From assembly GCF_006345805.1 (NCBI RefSeq), contig NC_042998.1, positions 138,508,001-138,572,000 of the forward strand: 64,000 nucleotides of DNA, written 5' to 3'. A program made the position numbers and the translations under genes. The notes under the pieces are model-generated. The model ran no database searches. It saw only the letters and a program-made list of their open reading frames with translations, and was not told the DNA's origin. Below are positions 11,492-25,437 of this stretch, piece after piece. Source of the stretch: Octopus sinensis. Taxonomy: Eukaryota. How positions within the stretch are numbered: position 1 is the first letter of the stretch; each line of letters begins with the position of its first letter.

Positions 11492-11817
11492 GTATATTTA
11501 ATTTATTTATTTCAACATCCATTACTTAGAGTCCTGATTTTATTAACTTTTGTTTTTCAGATTTGTCTGGATTACATCCTTAAAACAATAACAACTAAAA
11601 ATCACTGATTATTGTGATGATTCTCATTCTTCACACAATTAGTGTATCTTATTGTGAGTTTTATCAATTAGTCAATTAGTTTTTATTGTTTAATCTGTTG
11701 TTGTCATGGAATCCCTGTCACTTGATTCAGCAAACCTGTGATCAAAGGCAGCAGCCCAGGTAAAGGAGAGAGAGCTATTGGTGGCTTGCTGTATGATCAG
11801 CAGTAAGAGAGCATATA

Positions 11818-12034
11818 CAAGGGAGTTCTGAAAAGTTCCTGGCTTTAAGGGTATTGTGAAAGGCCTGGATGGAGGCCCAACCTTCCAAGTTCTTTTACAG
11901 GGCTTAGAAATACTGAAGGGCCACTCCAATAAATGTGTGAATCTGAGAAGGGAATATGTTGAATAAAATCATAATTAACTGATCCTCCTGTATTTTCTTT
12001 TAACCAAAGTCAGGAACTTTTCAGAACCCCTGTG
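11818..12034 (+). mobile_element. Mariner-derived MITE
   Basis: ~28-bp TIRs (gttctgaaaagttcctgg / caggaacttttcagaac), TA on both sides, internal remnant of mariner C-terminus (KCV..GEYVE*). Confidence 0.85.
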
Positions 12035-12434
12035 TACAATCAAATAGAATCCAAAGAGACTGTTATTGGTCTGCATCAGCCAGACTTGTATTATTTAGTA
12101 AAAGTGATAAAAATAGTACAGTAAAGTTGCTGTGGGAAATGGAAAGTCAAACGTCTTAAATAAAATCTTTCCTTGGGAAGAATTAACAGGAGTGAAATTA
12201 AAGAGAGACAGCACCATCTTACACGCTCTAAGTTAAAAAAACTGGTTGTAACTTATTGGGAATGCAGGACCAGGGGAGCTTCATATGTAGACAGAAAGTG
12301 GTAAGAGTGAGAAATTGGGTGAAATAGGTAGGAGGTAAAAGGTATGGAATTAGGAAGAGAAGAATGATGGATGACAGTAAGGAATGCTTATTTACATCTA
12401 TTTTAATTAGCATTCTTATATATTAAAATTTTAG

Positions 12435-12590
12435 ATGGATTCCAGCAAATGTTACCACAATGAACCAGCACAATCACAGAAAAGTCACAAAAGGCGATCT
12501 GGTAAAAACAAATCAGCTAAAGGTAAAAATTGTGACAAAAGCAGTTCAAATCCCTGGATGCCACCATTCTTAGGAATGCCTAATGGTGCA
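12435..12590 (+). CDS. SMN1: SMN coding exon 5
   Basis: ttttag|ATG..GCA|gtaagt; 156 nt, MDSSK..PWMPPFLGMPNGA. Confidence 0.88.
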
Positions 12591-12669
12591 GTAAGTATTT
12601 TTCTGTATCTTTTGTTTTCTCTTCATTTTGTACTAACTACTACTACCACCACCACTATTTACTGTTATT

Positions 12670-13199
12670 GAGCGAGTGAGCTATACATGCCATCAAAGTG
12701 ACACTGGAGTACAAATATATGAAGCCCAGTATACTCATCATTACTACCCAACTGATAAGGGTACACCAGTCACATGCATCACAACCATATGTGCACGACA
12801 TGGTGATTGCATATCAAGATAAACAGCACATGACTTTGCAGGTGGGGCCCAGTTAGAATTTCCTTCAGGTTGAGTAGCCCATTCCACTGAAAATGTCCCT
12901 GAATAAGGTTTGTTTAAAGATAATGAACAAAACATCTGTTTCTAGAGCTGAATTATTCAAACCCCAAAGAATTGCTCCCCACTACTTCTGCTCATGATCA
13001 GAGATGCTCATATTGTCAGCCATTAAGGGACATGTTCAACTGGTTATGTTCAAGCAACTGACAAGCCTATCTGTAGTATTGAGCAGAATATTTGCTGTAG
13101 CCCATTTTTCATACCAAGACAAAACATGTACATGATCACACATCCAATCAGTTAAGATCAGAAACCATGAGAGTCACTGCCTGGCACTGCATCAGGACA
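12670..13199. mobile_element. Unclassified non-coding repeat, copy 2
   Basis: Colinear with 2725-3279; flanked by (CTA/TTA)n-like tracts. Confidence 0.75.
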
Positions 13200-13214
13200 T
13201 TATGATTATTATCA

Positions 13215-13795
13215 TTATTAGGAGACAAGATCTCAGAATCATTAGAGTGTCAGAAAAATACTTTGTGGTATTTCCTCTGACACTTTACATTCTAATGATT
13301 TCATTGTTGCCTTTCATCCTACCAGGGGTCAAAAAAATAAAGTACTAGCCAAGTACTGGGGTTGATGTAATCAACTAATCCCTTCCACTCAAAATTGCTG
13401 ACCTTGCACCTGAAATTGAAACCATTATTATTATTATTATTATTATCATCATCACTTCATCCATCTTTACATTCTAAGTTCTAATTCTGTCAATGTTGAC
13501 TTCGTCTTTAATCCTTTTGGGGTTGATAAAAAAAAGCACCAGTTGAGCACTGGGATTGATGTTATTAATTAGCATCCCCTCCCCAAAAATTTCAGGCCTT
13601 GTGCCCTATAGTAGAAGGGATTATTATTATTATTTCATCCGTCTTCACGTTCTGAGTTTAAATACCACTCAGGTCAACTGTGCCTTTCATTTTTTCAGGA
13701 TTGATGAAATAAGTACCAGTTGAACACTTAGGGTTGATGCAATTGACTTTACCCTTCCCCCTCAATTTCCAGCTTTGTGCCTTTAGTAGAAAGGT
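13215..13795 (+). mobile_element. Three tandem SINE-A copies separated by (TTA)n
   Basis: Same core as 2020-2695, more diverged. Confidence 0.75.
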
Positions 13796-14317
13796 TTTAT
13801 TATTATTATTATTATTATTATGACAATAACTGTAGCAGCGACAGCAATGATAAAACTAGGAAATGTCGTTGTTATCTCCCTTCCCAACATCACTGCTCTA
13901 TTTAGAATACATTTAAAAATAATCATTTTATATACATAAACAATTTTTGTAACCATGACACAAAAAGTAAAAAATTCTCCAATACAGTGCTTACGGATTA
14001 AGAAACACTTTAAAAATCTCAAAGATTTTACCATGGTATTCGTGTGTTAATGATTTGGGAAGCATTCTTACTATCAGAGCACACCACCACCATTCTAAAA
14101 TTCTACCCAGATCAGATTAAACAAACCTTTTCACAATGGAGTGCTTTTATAATATACATGAAAACTTGCATTCCATTTATAGATATTACAAATGATATTC
14201 ATAGACTCAGAAACAACACTATGCTAAACATACAGGCTTTCAAAATGTAAGCCAGAAATAAAAGCTTTTGAAATAAAAATGCAAAACATTTAATGCACAC
14301 ACACACACACATATACA

Positions 14318-14363
<46 letters not shown>

Positions 14364-14562
14364 TGCATTGAAGCAGTGAGCTGGACAAAATGCTTGGCAG
14401 CATTTTATCTGTCTTCAAATTCCACCAAGGTCAACTATGCCTTTCATCCTTTCAGGGTCAATAAAATGGTACCAGTTGAGCACTGGGGTCAATGTAATCA
14501 GCTTATTCCTTCTCCCAAAATTTTGACCTTGTGCCAAAATTTGAATCCTGATGATGATGGTG

Positions 14563-14619
<57 letters not shown>

Positions 14620-14644
14620 CCCCATATACATATATGTATATACA

Positions 14645-14830
14645 TACCAGTCTGGTTACCACTGACATCAAGAAAGCTTTCGACTCCATTCCCATTTTTC
14701 TGTTAATAAAAAAATACTTAACCCCACTTAAGCAATCAACACAAAAAGCACTGGTTAAACACCAAGTGTATGTACTGTACAAATGCTGCCCTTCCAGAAT
14801 CTCTAATTTCCTGAATGGAGTACAGCAGTG
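14645..14830 (+). mobile_element. Short LINE RT remnant
   Basis: LVTTDIKKAFDSIP matches the RT motif D..KAFD. Confidence 0.5.
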
Positions 14831-16209
14831 ACACATTCTCTGTTCTACTGCATGACACCTTGTGCTAGTGTCTTCCACTATAGCCTGATCAATACCTAAC
14901 TTAGTGGTTTTTCAAAAGAGACCAATAGAATATGTGACAGACTTGAAAAAAATAAGTACTGAGGTTGATTTATTTGATTAAAATCCATTGAGGCATTGCC
15001 CCAGCATGATTACAGTCCAATAACTGAAACTAGTAAAAGATAAAGATACAACTTCCATAAAACATAAACAGCTATATGTACTAATTAAATCACACATTCT
15101 CTCTCCCATTCTCTGAGTACAAGCACTTCTACATACTTACTCTAAATACATCTGCAAGAAACCTAGCTCCACTGTGGATCTGTTCTGTGAGGGCTGGCCT
15201 AAAACTATGTAACAACATAGTTTTTTCTATCTTTCTTGTTTCTTTTTAATTGCAAACATACCTCAACTTGCAATCAGTTATTAGTTCCAAGATATGCTAC
15301 TTAACTTGAAAAGCGAGGTCACATGGAAAAACATTTTATTAGCTTATATTTGTTTAAAAAATTGTTTGTATCTATTTTCACATGTAATTTGGTTTTCCAC
15401 TTCAGTTTTTGTTTTTTGGCTTTTTAAAAAATTTTTTTATGCTTTTAAATGTTTGCTGAGACTGATATGTAGCTGGATAAATCGATTGAAGTTGAAGTTT
15501 ATTTGTTTTCATCAATTTCCTAAGTCGAAAAGGACGTAACTCAAATTGACATGTTGAAGTATGCGTGTGTATGTAAATCAAAGAGATCGCACATCATTTC
15601 TAAGTGAGACTTTACCACTGCAGTCAGAGAATAACGAATTTATTGTAAGATTAACACAAAAATTATTTATTTAATTGAATAGAAAATACATCAAAACATC
15701 GCTTCATACAACCTCATTTACCTTTGCCAAGCAATAAATTGATAGATTGGTACTTTCACATGGTACCTACTGCCTTTGGGTAATGCTTCTTGTTTTTATG
15801 TAGCTTTTTTTTTCTTTTGCATTCTTCAAATTAATGTCCATACTTTGTGAAAATTCCTTTATAGTCCAATCCACAATCATAGCAATCTCTGAGACAACGT
15901 TGGACTCTGGTTTCTTTGTTTCAAAGAAAACAAGTTATACAAGGGAAATAACTCTTTACATTACTCAGTGCATAATTTGACTTGAATTGGAAAATAGCAA
16001 ATTTCTTTTTCTTTTTTTTTTTGTTGCTTTTTGTTTTGTATATGATTTCATAGCATCGAATTTGCCGTCTGATATAATCTTTCTTCTTGGAGATGACAAT
16101 ATTCTTGGCTAAATAAACCAAGTAAGTTTAGTGAAGCTTTGTTTAAACTCACTTTGAAATCACTATTCTTACATTGTCAGTGACTTTGAAGTTTCAACTT
16201 GCATTTCAG

Positions 16210-16272
16210 AACCCTTTTGCTGGAATGTATGCACCACCTTGGGCAGGAATGCCTTCTCCACACAGACACATG
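16210..16272 (+). CDS. SMN1: SMN coding exon 6 (NPFAGMYAPPWAGMPSPHRHM)
   Basis: gcatttcag|/|gtaagt; 63 nt, phase 0, Pro-rich. Confidence 0.82.
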
Positions 16273-17761
16273 GTAAGTTATGCCAGTTTGTACTATGTGT
16301 TGCCCATAACTAATTCGGTTTACTGGGAATAGTTGCAGATATTGTTGTATTCTAAAAGCTGAAACTCATGAAATTTAAAATGGAGAAAGTGGAAGCTCTA
16401 ACATTCATATCTTCTTATGAGAAAGTACAACCTGTACTGGTAGCACAAGTACTGGTGGCACAAAAACAAACACCTAGTACATGCTATAAAGTGGTCTGCA
16501 TTAGCAAAGACATCCAGCCATGGAAACCCTACAAAATGAGACACTGGTGCACAATGCAGTCTTCAGACTCATCAGATCCTGTCAAATCATCCAACTCATG
16601 CCAACATGGAACATGGATGTTAAATGTCATTGTTGTTGTTGATGATGATGATGAAATTGGTAGTATAGTACTTTTGTCACATTTCAATGTGGCAATCATT
16701 TCAAGCCCCTGGTTATCTTAACTCAAAAGTTTGTTTCATAGACAAATGTGAACACTTTGACAAGTAGATTATGTGCCCAGAAGTTGGGAAAAGAGGGAGA
16801 AGAGGCGACCAAAAGAAGAATGAAATGGGGAGTATTAGAATTCAAAAGGAGGGCCATTACAAAAGTTAGGTGAATGAAGGTTCAGAAACACTGGTTCTCT
16901 GAACAAAATCTATTGTAATATATGGTAAGTCACAAACAGAAGAAACTATTATTGCTAAATAGAATGTATTTCTTATCTTGAACAGAGGGCCTTGTTACCT
17001 CATTGAAGCCCATTGATGTAACCCCAGGGCAAAAGTTTGGGGAAGTAAAACAAGTAGTCATGCATAGCCCCTTTCTTTTGTTGGCCTTAATAACCAAAGT
17101 AATCACCATAAAGCTGCAGTTGCATGTTAAATAGCTTTCATCTCATAACCACCAGGTTTGGATCACATTACATTGTCATGCAAAACACGTGTATCACTAC
17201 AATAATAAAACAATGACATCACAAGGGATAAAGAAGCGCTAAGAAGACAGAATTTACTGAAGCAGATTTTCTACAACTGGATGCTGTTCCTGTCACCAAC
17301 CCTCATTTGTTTCTAAACAAGATATTTCCCAAGGTCAGGCATACTTCCTATGGAACACTGGAAGTGAACAACATTGTTTGTATGATGCTGATACCCATTT
17401 ACAACCACCACATGAAGTCAAGACAAACAAAGACACACACACACATGCAGAACCTTTTTTCAGTTTCTGTCCACCAAATCCTGTCACAGGTTTTGGGTAG
17501 AGTAGAAGACACTTCCCCAAAGTACCTCACATTGGGACTGAACTCAAAACCACATAGCTGGGAAGCTTTTCAACCCCACCTTTACCAACTTCAGAATTAT
17601 AGAACTTGTGGTAGAAACTTCTCTGACAAAATTAACCTACCCATTGCTAACATTGAATAACTGATGTAACAAAACAACATTCCGCAATTTTTTTCTTTTC
17701 ATGTACACCAACTTGACAATATTTTCAAGTTAATAGAATTCTTTTTGGTTTTTTTTTCCAG

Positions 17762-17884
17762 AACTTGCCAAATATCCCTCCACCACCTCCTCCAATGGCC
17801 AGCTGGGACATGGATAATAATGAAGCTCTCTGTAGTATGTTAATGTCATGGTATATGAGTGGTTACCACACAGGATACTATCAG
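17762..17884 (+). CDS. SMN1: SMN coding exon 7 (polyPro and YG box)
   Basis: [31 protein letters not shown]; ttttccag|/|gtaata; 123 nt. Confidence 0.98.
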
Positions 17885-20800
17885 GTAATAGTTTCTGTTA
17901 TTGTTTTTTTTTAATATAAATATGATAGAAGACAAAGGTGGTGGGGGTGGGGATGCCTATGACAGTATTATACTGAACCAAATGCTTTGTTGTTACTAGT
18001 TTGGTGCTTTAATCGTTTTACGGTTTAAATCCTGCCAAATCTACTTTGCTTTTTTATTGGTCTTAATAAAATTAAGTATCAGCAATATGCTTTAGTTAAT
18101 AATCTTCACATTAGCATTTAAACAGGCCAGATCTGGCCTTGCCAAAATCTCAAAGATACGAAATAATGCATGAACAATTCAGTATGAATAAATAAGCATT
18201 GCATTTGATAGAATACTAAAGGGTTAAGGTGATGTTGTTGGCCAAGACTTTAACATGCTGGATAAGGATAAAATATCTTGTATTTGTTCTGGTTCCCTGT
18301 AGTCAGAGTTGAAATCCCATCTAAGTCAAATTTGACTTTCACTCTTTCTGGATCGATAAATAAAATATCAGTCTAATACTGGGGTTGATTCTTCTCGTTT
18401 TCTCTCACTCTCATTCCCTCTGGAAGGACTCAGCTGTATTCAGCCTAAGACAAGTATTTCATGATGGTACTCATACAACATCTATTTCTGGTAGCACCAT
18501 TAACCACTTTTATTTTTACCACACTTCAGCTAAGATAAATCGGTATGACAACCAGTTTCTCACTTTTTATGGGTGTTACAGAATGCTTCCTGGCTTTTTT
18601 TTTTTTTTGAAAATCTCATCTCTGTCATGTGAAACCTTCTCCCTCAAGCAATATAGCTTTTAGTGCCCCAGCTTTGTTTAAGACACTTCTCAACTTTGAT
18701 TAAGGACTTGCCACCATCACCAACTCTCATATTACAATGCCACTATGCTTCAGGTATGAGTACTAACTGACATTAGCAGCCATTTTCCAGTGGGTGTAAA
18801 AGTAAAAATATGTTAATATAAGAAAACAAATTATATTTAAATCAAGGGATAATCCATGTCACTAGGGATTGAGGTGATTCTGATTGTGAGGTAATATATC
18901 AGAATAGATCAATCAATTTTTTAAAAAATTTTAAAAAGCAGACAGAATAACAGCAGCACATACACTCTCATACAGAAAAAAAAGAGGGCATGGAAATAAT
19001 TATATGAATGAGAATTTGTACAGGAAGAGGAATTAATACAGGAGGATCCAACAGACAGACTAATTATTGAGGCTGACAGCTATATGGTAAAAAGGGCTGA
19101 TAAGGATATGAAATTAAGGAAAGCAGCCTGACAATATGCAATAGTTGCTTAGGTGCCGAAATACCCTGCAAAATAGATTGGGTATGAGCTGATTATTTAC
19201 ATAGACCATCAGAAGTGGTGGGGGGATCTCAGGATGCTCACATAAAAAGATGGCAAAGGACCACAAATGCAGAAATGCTGTGTGGAAATTAACTCATCGA
19301 ACTTATTAAAGTGGACGTAAAAATCATGGTAAGAATGGTAAAAATATTTAAATTTTCATTTTAAAAAAATGAATGTAAACTCTTTGACACTGACAATGAT
19401 CAAAATATAGTGAAATGTTTCCAACAAATTTTTTTGATTTTTTTTTTTAATATTTGAACTATTTTCAGCACTTGCAACAAAGAGTTGTTACTTCTGTAGT
19501 GTAGGGAAAGACAATATTCATACCTTTTCTAGACTGGTGAAACCAATAGGGATTGAGTTTGCACTTTTGTAAGGGAAACGCAAGTGGGAGTGATACTTCA
19601 ATGTTTAGATTAAAGTTCCATTTGTGATAAGTGTTTCTTTTTATTGCCTATAGCATCGATCAAATAAGCACAAGCAGTGTACTAGGTATGTGATACAGAT
19701 GTTCATAACTTAACAGAAAGGGTTTTGATAGCAAAAGAAATATTGGTACCTGAGAAAGGGGAAATAATGCAAATGAGACTGCTCGACATAATGACCAATC
19801 ATTTTAATGTCCACTTTTTCATGCTCTTCTGGGTTGGCTGCAGTAGCATAGCCAGGTTCTAAAGTTAGTAGGAGTGAGCACATAAATAAAAGGTGCTATG
19901 AGACATACCAAACAATTTTTAACACATTTCTTTAATATTACACAAAATATTTCATTAGTTATGTGTAATTGTATTCTCCATTCAGTAATTTAATGTTTCA
20001 GTAACAATGTTATGTTTGAAACTTACAGCGACTGATGTAGGTGTGATTTGAAAATGATAAAACTCCACAGGATCATCCAGTGTTGAGAGGGTTATGACAT
20101 CAGTAGACAGTTCAAAAACATGAGAGGTTGGTCAAATCAAGTAATGACCCAGAATTTCTTCCAAGGCCTTGCAATTAACAAAAAAAAAAAGATTCAGCTT
20201 CTATTGTTCATGTGAATTAAAATGTTTTAAAAATTGTTGAAAAGGCACCACCACTGGTCAAATGGAATTTGTTGAGGCAGATTTTCTTCAGCTTGATGCC
20301 CTTCCTATCACTATCACCAACCTTTCCTTGTTTCTAAGATAGGTAATATTTCTCCATGGCCAGGCAGAAGAATGGAAGCAAACAACATCGGTTATATGAT
20401 GATGCTCATTTACAGCCATCACAATAGTTTTATTTACTTACATTAATTTAGTTTCTACTTTTTCTTTTAATTGGAAGATTTTATACAACTCTATTCATGT
20501 TACAGGCATTTAATACAAATCCCCTTGTGTGAAAGGCTGAGGCTATCAATGGAATATGAAAATGAAACTGAAATACTATGAATCATGAATTGTTGCATTG
20601 TTTAAATTCAAAAGAAATGTGAACTTGTTCACAGAGAAAGTTACAAGTAGTAAGTTAGTAAAATAGTTCAAGCAAGAATTGAGACCTCATTGTTAATGCT
20701 GTTTTCAACTACCTCACAGGTATACTGTGACACAGTTTGGATCATAACCTTGAATGTCACAACACTGAATATTTAAAAATTAAATATAAGGATAGCTAAG

Positions 20801-21257
20801 TAAAATTGCTGTCTTCCACACATACAGACTTGTCCTTTCAGGTACTGGTGCCACATAAAAAGCACCTGTGCTGGTGCCGTGTAAAAGCACCCGTGCTGGT
20901 GGCACATAAAAAGCACTTACCACACTCTGTTAAGTGGTCGGCGTTAGGAAGGGCATCTATCCATAGAAACCATGTCACAACAGACAACTGGTCTGGACAG
21001 CTCCCAGCTGGCCTGCTCCATGTCAAATCATCCAACTCATGCCAGCATAGAAAGCAAATGTTAATGATGATGATGGGTGACAGACTGTATTTGTAACAAC
21101 AGCAGACACCTTTTATATTGAATAAGCTTCAACCAGAAAATAAAAGTATTTTTTATTCATGAAGCACAAATTCATTTTAAATTCTAAAAAATTGTTATTT
21201 AAAAGAATATTGTTTTATCTTTATTTACATATCTATGTATTTGTTTTCTATCTTCAG

Positions 21258-21281
21258 GGCTTAAAGAGTAAACAAAATTAA
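21258..21281 (+). CDS. SMN1: SMN final coding exon (GLKSKQN*)
   Basis: ttctatcttcag|GGC; completes YYQ|G as in vertebrate YYM|G; AATAAA at 21544, 21623 and 21674. Confidence 0.85.
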   Translation, partial: GLKSKQN

Positions 21282-22933
21282 GACAAGATACTGTTGTGGA
21301 CTGCAGGAAGATGGTGGTTTTCACTTACACATCAATTAAATCACCTTTCTGATATGAAAGGCAAAGAAAACACAATCTTCAAACTGCTCTTTTGTGCCTG
21401 TCTATAATAACAACCAATTAACATTTTTCTTTGATGATCAGTGCATAAAAATGGCACAACCAATCACCTTTCCTTTTTTAATCTTTCAAATTTATATATA
21501 TATATATATAAATGTATACAACCAATACAGTTATTTTCATAGGAATAAATTGAATGCTTTTGTATGTAATTATATATTATATGGAGCAGAATCAATGGCT
21601 GTGATAATTGAAGTATTGGTTAAATAAATCAACATCCTAAAAACATTACCAGAAAAAGACTGTTGTATAAAGAAATAAATTTTTTGCTCTCTTATTATTA
21701 TAATTATTTTTTATTAATATTACATACCGGTGATAGGTAAAAGGCACCCATGCTGGTGCCACATAAAAGACACTCAGTACACTCTGTAAAGTGGTTGGCA
21801 TTAGGAAGGATATCCAGTCATAGAAACCAATGCAGAACAGACAACTGGAGCCTGGTGCAGGTCTCTGGCTTACCAGCTCCAGTCAAACCGTCTAACCCAT
21901 GCCAGCATGGAAAATGGACACCAGATACAGAGGATGATGATGCAGCAGCAACTATTCTCAGGTAATGATAACTTTATAGCAGTTCTACATGCACTCAAGT
22001 TTACATTCCAAGTCTTGGCATTTATCTGCTTTTCTCACGTTCTTTGTCTACCACGTTTATATCAAATGGACAGGCAACAATATTATTATTATCATGAAAG
22101 GTTGCAAGCTTGCAGAATCATTAGCCTACTGGGCTAAATGCTTAGCAGTATTTTGTTCGTCTTTACATTTGGAGTTCAAATAATGCCAAGGTCGACTTTG
22201 CCTTTCATCCTTTTGGGGTCAATTTAATCAACTTACCCCTACACCAAAATTGCTGGTCTTATGCCAAAATTTGAAACCATTATTATTATTATTGAAGGTG
22301 GTAAGCTGGTAGAATTGTTAGCACACTGGGCAAAATGCTTAGCAGCATTTTGTCCGTCTTCACATTCTGAAAGGTCAACTTTGCCATGGTCAACATGGTC
22401 CATAAATTAAGTACAAGTAAAACACTGGGATTAATGTAATCAACTAGTCCCCTCCCACCAAAATTTCAGGCCTTGTGCCTTTAGTAGAAAGGATTATTTA
22501 GAGTATCATATTAGAAATATGCCTTGTGGTATATTTGTTCCGATTCTTTGTTTTTTTTTATTCAAATCCCAGCAAAAGAGATCAATAGAATAAGTACTGG
22601 ACTTGAAAAAAAAAACACTGGGATCGATTTGTTTTAAGATGGTGATCCAGCATGACCACAGTCCAATGAATGAAACAAAGAGATAACAATAGAGTCATTT
22701 AAATAATTGGATGGGTTTTAATTGTATAAGTTCAATTGGAACAAAATTTATTAATATTTAAGACATAAATATTTTTAGGAAAATATATATTTAAATACTT
22801 TAATTATTTATTACCAAAAAATAAATTCAATTTGTAAATATGTTTATTAAAATATAAGCCAATTCAGTGTTATAAAAAAAAAGGAAGAAAAAATACAATT
22901 GCATTCATTGTTGTTCGATATCCAAATAATTCA

Positions 22934-22999
22934 TTAGTCACTTTTTGATTGTCCCAATTTGTAATGTGCATCTGGAAGTGAGCGGAGTTTTTCTGCAGC
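22934..22999 (-). CDS. GALT: GALT last exon (AAEKLRSLPDAHYKLGQSKSD*)
   Basis: Matches AAERLRALPEVHY; acceptor ctctttgaaag; AATAAA (minus) at 22843-22848. Confidence 0.93.
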   Translation of the reverse strand, partial: AAEKLRSLPDAHYKLGQSKSD

Positions 23000-23399
23000 C
23001 TTTCAAAGAGAAAAAGTATTAAGAATATGATGAGTATAAATGACTTTTTTTTTTCACAGATCTACATACTGAGAGAATCACAAAAACAAATATATATATA
23101 TATATGGATGCAGACATGGTCAGGTGCAGCTGTGTGGTTGAGATGTTTGCTTCCCATCTACATGGAACCTTGGGGCAAGTGCCTTCTACTATAGCCCTGG
23201 GCCTTGTGAGTAGCTTTGGTAAACTGATAAAAGCTTGTCATCTCTTTCTCTATGTGAATATATATATCAGATATATTGTAAGGGTCTTTTAGCTCTTATT
23301 TCTAGCAATGTAGGTACTACCCTGCACCTTCAGTCACAGCTAGTGACAATTAAATTTTTCCTTTTTGGTTTTATGTAGTGTATAGCCACATTCATTATT

Positions 23400-24660
23400 A
23401 TATATATAACAAAGTTTGTATGTGTGTGTGCATATGTTCCTTATGCATTTGTAAACTTAGTTGCCAACTTTGACATATGGAGTATCAAAAGATTCAGTAA
23501 TCTTTCAGCTACCAAATAAACTTTATTTTCATTTACATATTTGCATTACAAAAATTTAACATTATAATCTTTTTTTAAGTCAACTATCGTAAACAACATT
23601 TTATACTACAATGACGTTACATTTTTTTATATAAGTATGTATGCGTCTGTGAGTGTGTGTTTGTGTTCATTCCATATGTTAGGCTGATGGCTGAGAAGTA
23701 TATGTGTGTGATGAGTGTATGTGAGGGTATATGTGTGTGTTAGTGTACATTCATTTTTGTGGCCACACACACACACATAAAGAGAGAGAGTGACACACAC
23801 AGAGACAGAGATAGGTCTGAGGTGTGCATGAATGTATATCTGTGTGATAATTTTTATGCGTTAGGCCACGGACAATTGAACACATCTACATATACATATG
23901 TGTATTAGTGTGTCCTTATGCATCCAAATATTTAATTGCCAGTTTTTTACATATGGGGTATCAAAAGATTCAATAATCTTTCAACTACCAAAGAAACTTT
24001 ATTTTCATTTACATATTTGCCTTACAAAAATTTATCATTATAATCTTTCTATAAGTCAACTATCATAAACAACATTTTATATCACCACCATGACATCACA
24101 TTTTCTATATGAGTGTGTGTGTGCTTGCACGTTTGTTACATACATTAGGCTGATGTGTGTGTCAGTATACATATATTTTTATGGTAACTGACACATACAG
24201 AAGGACAGAGATAGGCCTGAGGTGTACATAAATGTATGTCTGTCTTAGTATATGTATGTGAGTGTATGTGTGTGTGCAAGAGTGTGATAATTTTTATATG
24301 TTAGGCCTCAGACAAACACACATGCACATTTCCATATACATATGTGTATGTGTCTGTAAATGTGTGAGAGTTCATGCATTCGTTACATGCGTTAGGTTGA
24401 TAACTGAGAAGTATATGTGTGTGTGGGTATACATATATTTTTGTGACGACTAACTCACACACATCTAAAGAGAAAGAGATACACACAGAGGGACGGAAAT
24501 AGGCCTGAGGTGTATGTGAATGTATGTCCATGTGTGTCTATCATAGTATATGTATGTGAATATATGTCAGAGTATGTGTGATAATTTTTATACGTTAGGC
24601 TTCAGACAATTAAACACACATACATATGTGTATGAGTGTGTGTGTGTTTCCACATTTGTT
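23400..24660. repeat. Complex diverged tandem array: ~200-bp block x2 plus shorter TG-rich units x3
   Basis: 23430-23636 resembles 23905-24110; gagataggcctgaggtgt and gtgataatttttat..gttaggc each recur three times. Confidence 0.75.
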
Positions 24661-24668
24661 ACATCTAT

Positions 24669-25437
24669 AGTGAAGGACATTTTACAGTCTTAATGAACCT
24701 ACATCTAATGAAGTAGCCATCTTTATGGTAGGTGATCTCCATGAAAATCATGATATTCTCATTCGTGCTCAAGATAACCTTAAATGTGTTTCAGAGACTC
24801 ATCCCTCTTATGATGCTCTCCAGTATCCTCTTATTTTGTGGAATGGAGAAGATGGGTATCGTTTCAATACTCCACAGATCGAACCTTCAATAGGAGAGCC
24901 AATTAAAATTACAAACAAAGGTGTCATCAAATGTCTTCTATTCTAACCAACTGATGTTAATACTACAACAATCAAATCAATTACACATGTATCGTGATTT
25001 CTTTCAGCAATACCTGGTTGATATGCATGCTAAAGTTGAGAGTGAGCATCTCCTCTACATTCGTAACAATCAAAAAACGTTAAGAGCTAAAAATTATGTT
25101 CATCTCTAAGATGCTCTCCATGTCCAGGCAACAATTATAACAGGTAGTCACAAAGGAGAAAATGTCTTTATTCCAAAAATTCCTCTCATACCTACAGATT
25201 TTCCATTTGAATTTTAGATGCTTCACTTTCCAGTCAAACTAAGTTTTGATTTTTCAATTAACAATTCTCACGGTCAATCCCTCAAGGTAGTTCAACTTGA
25301 TCTCTCTGCTACATGCTTCTCCCACAGCCAATTCCATGTTGCTTCCTCACGACTTGGAAGCAGTAGCAATTTATTCATTTCAACACCAACAAAAAATTAC
25401 ACAATGAATATTGTTTACCCTGAGGTACTTCAACACT
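24669..25437 (+). mobile_element. Internally deleted Helitron RepHel remnant
   Basis: SETHPSYDALQYPLILWNGEDGY; FQQYLVDMHAKVESE; then Pif1 C-terminus FPVKLSF..SINNSHGQSLK..CFSHSQFHVASSR. Confidence 0.88.
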
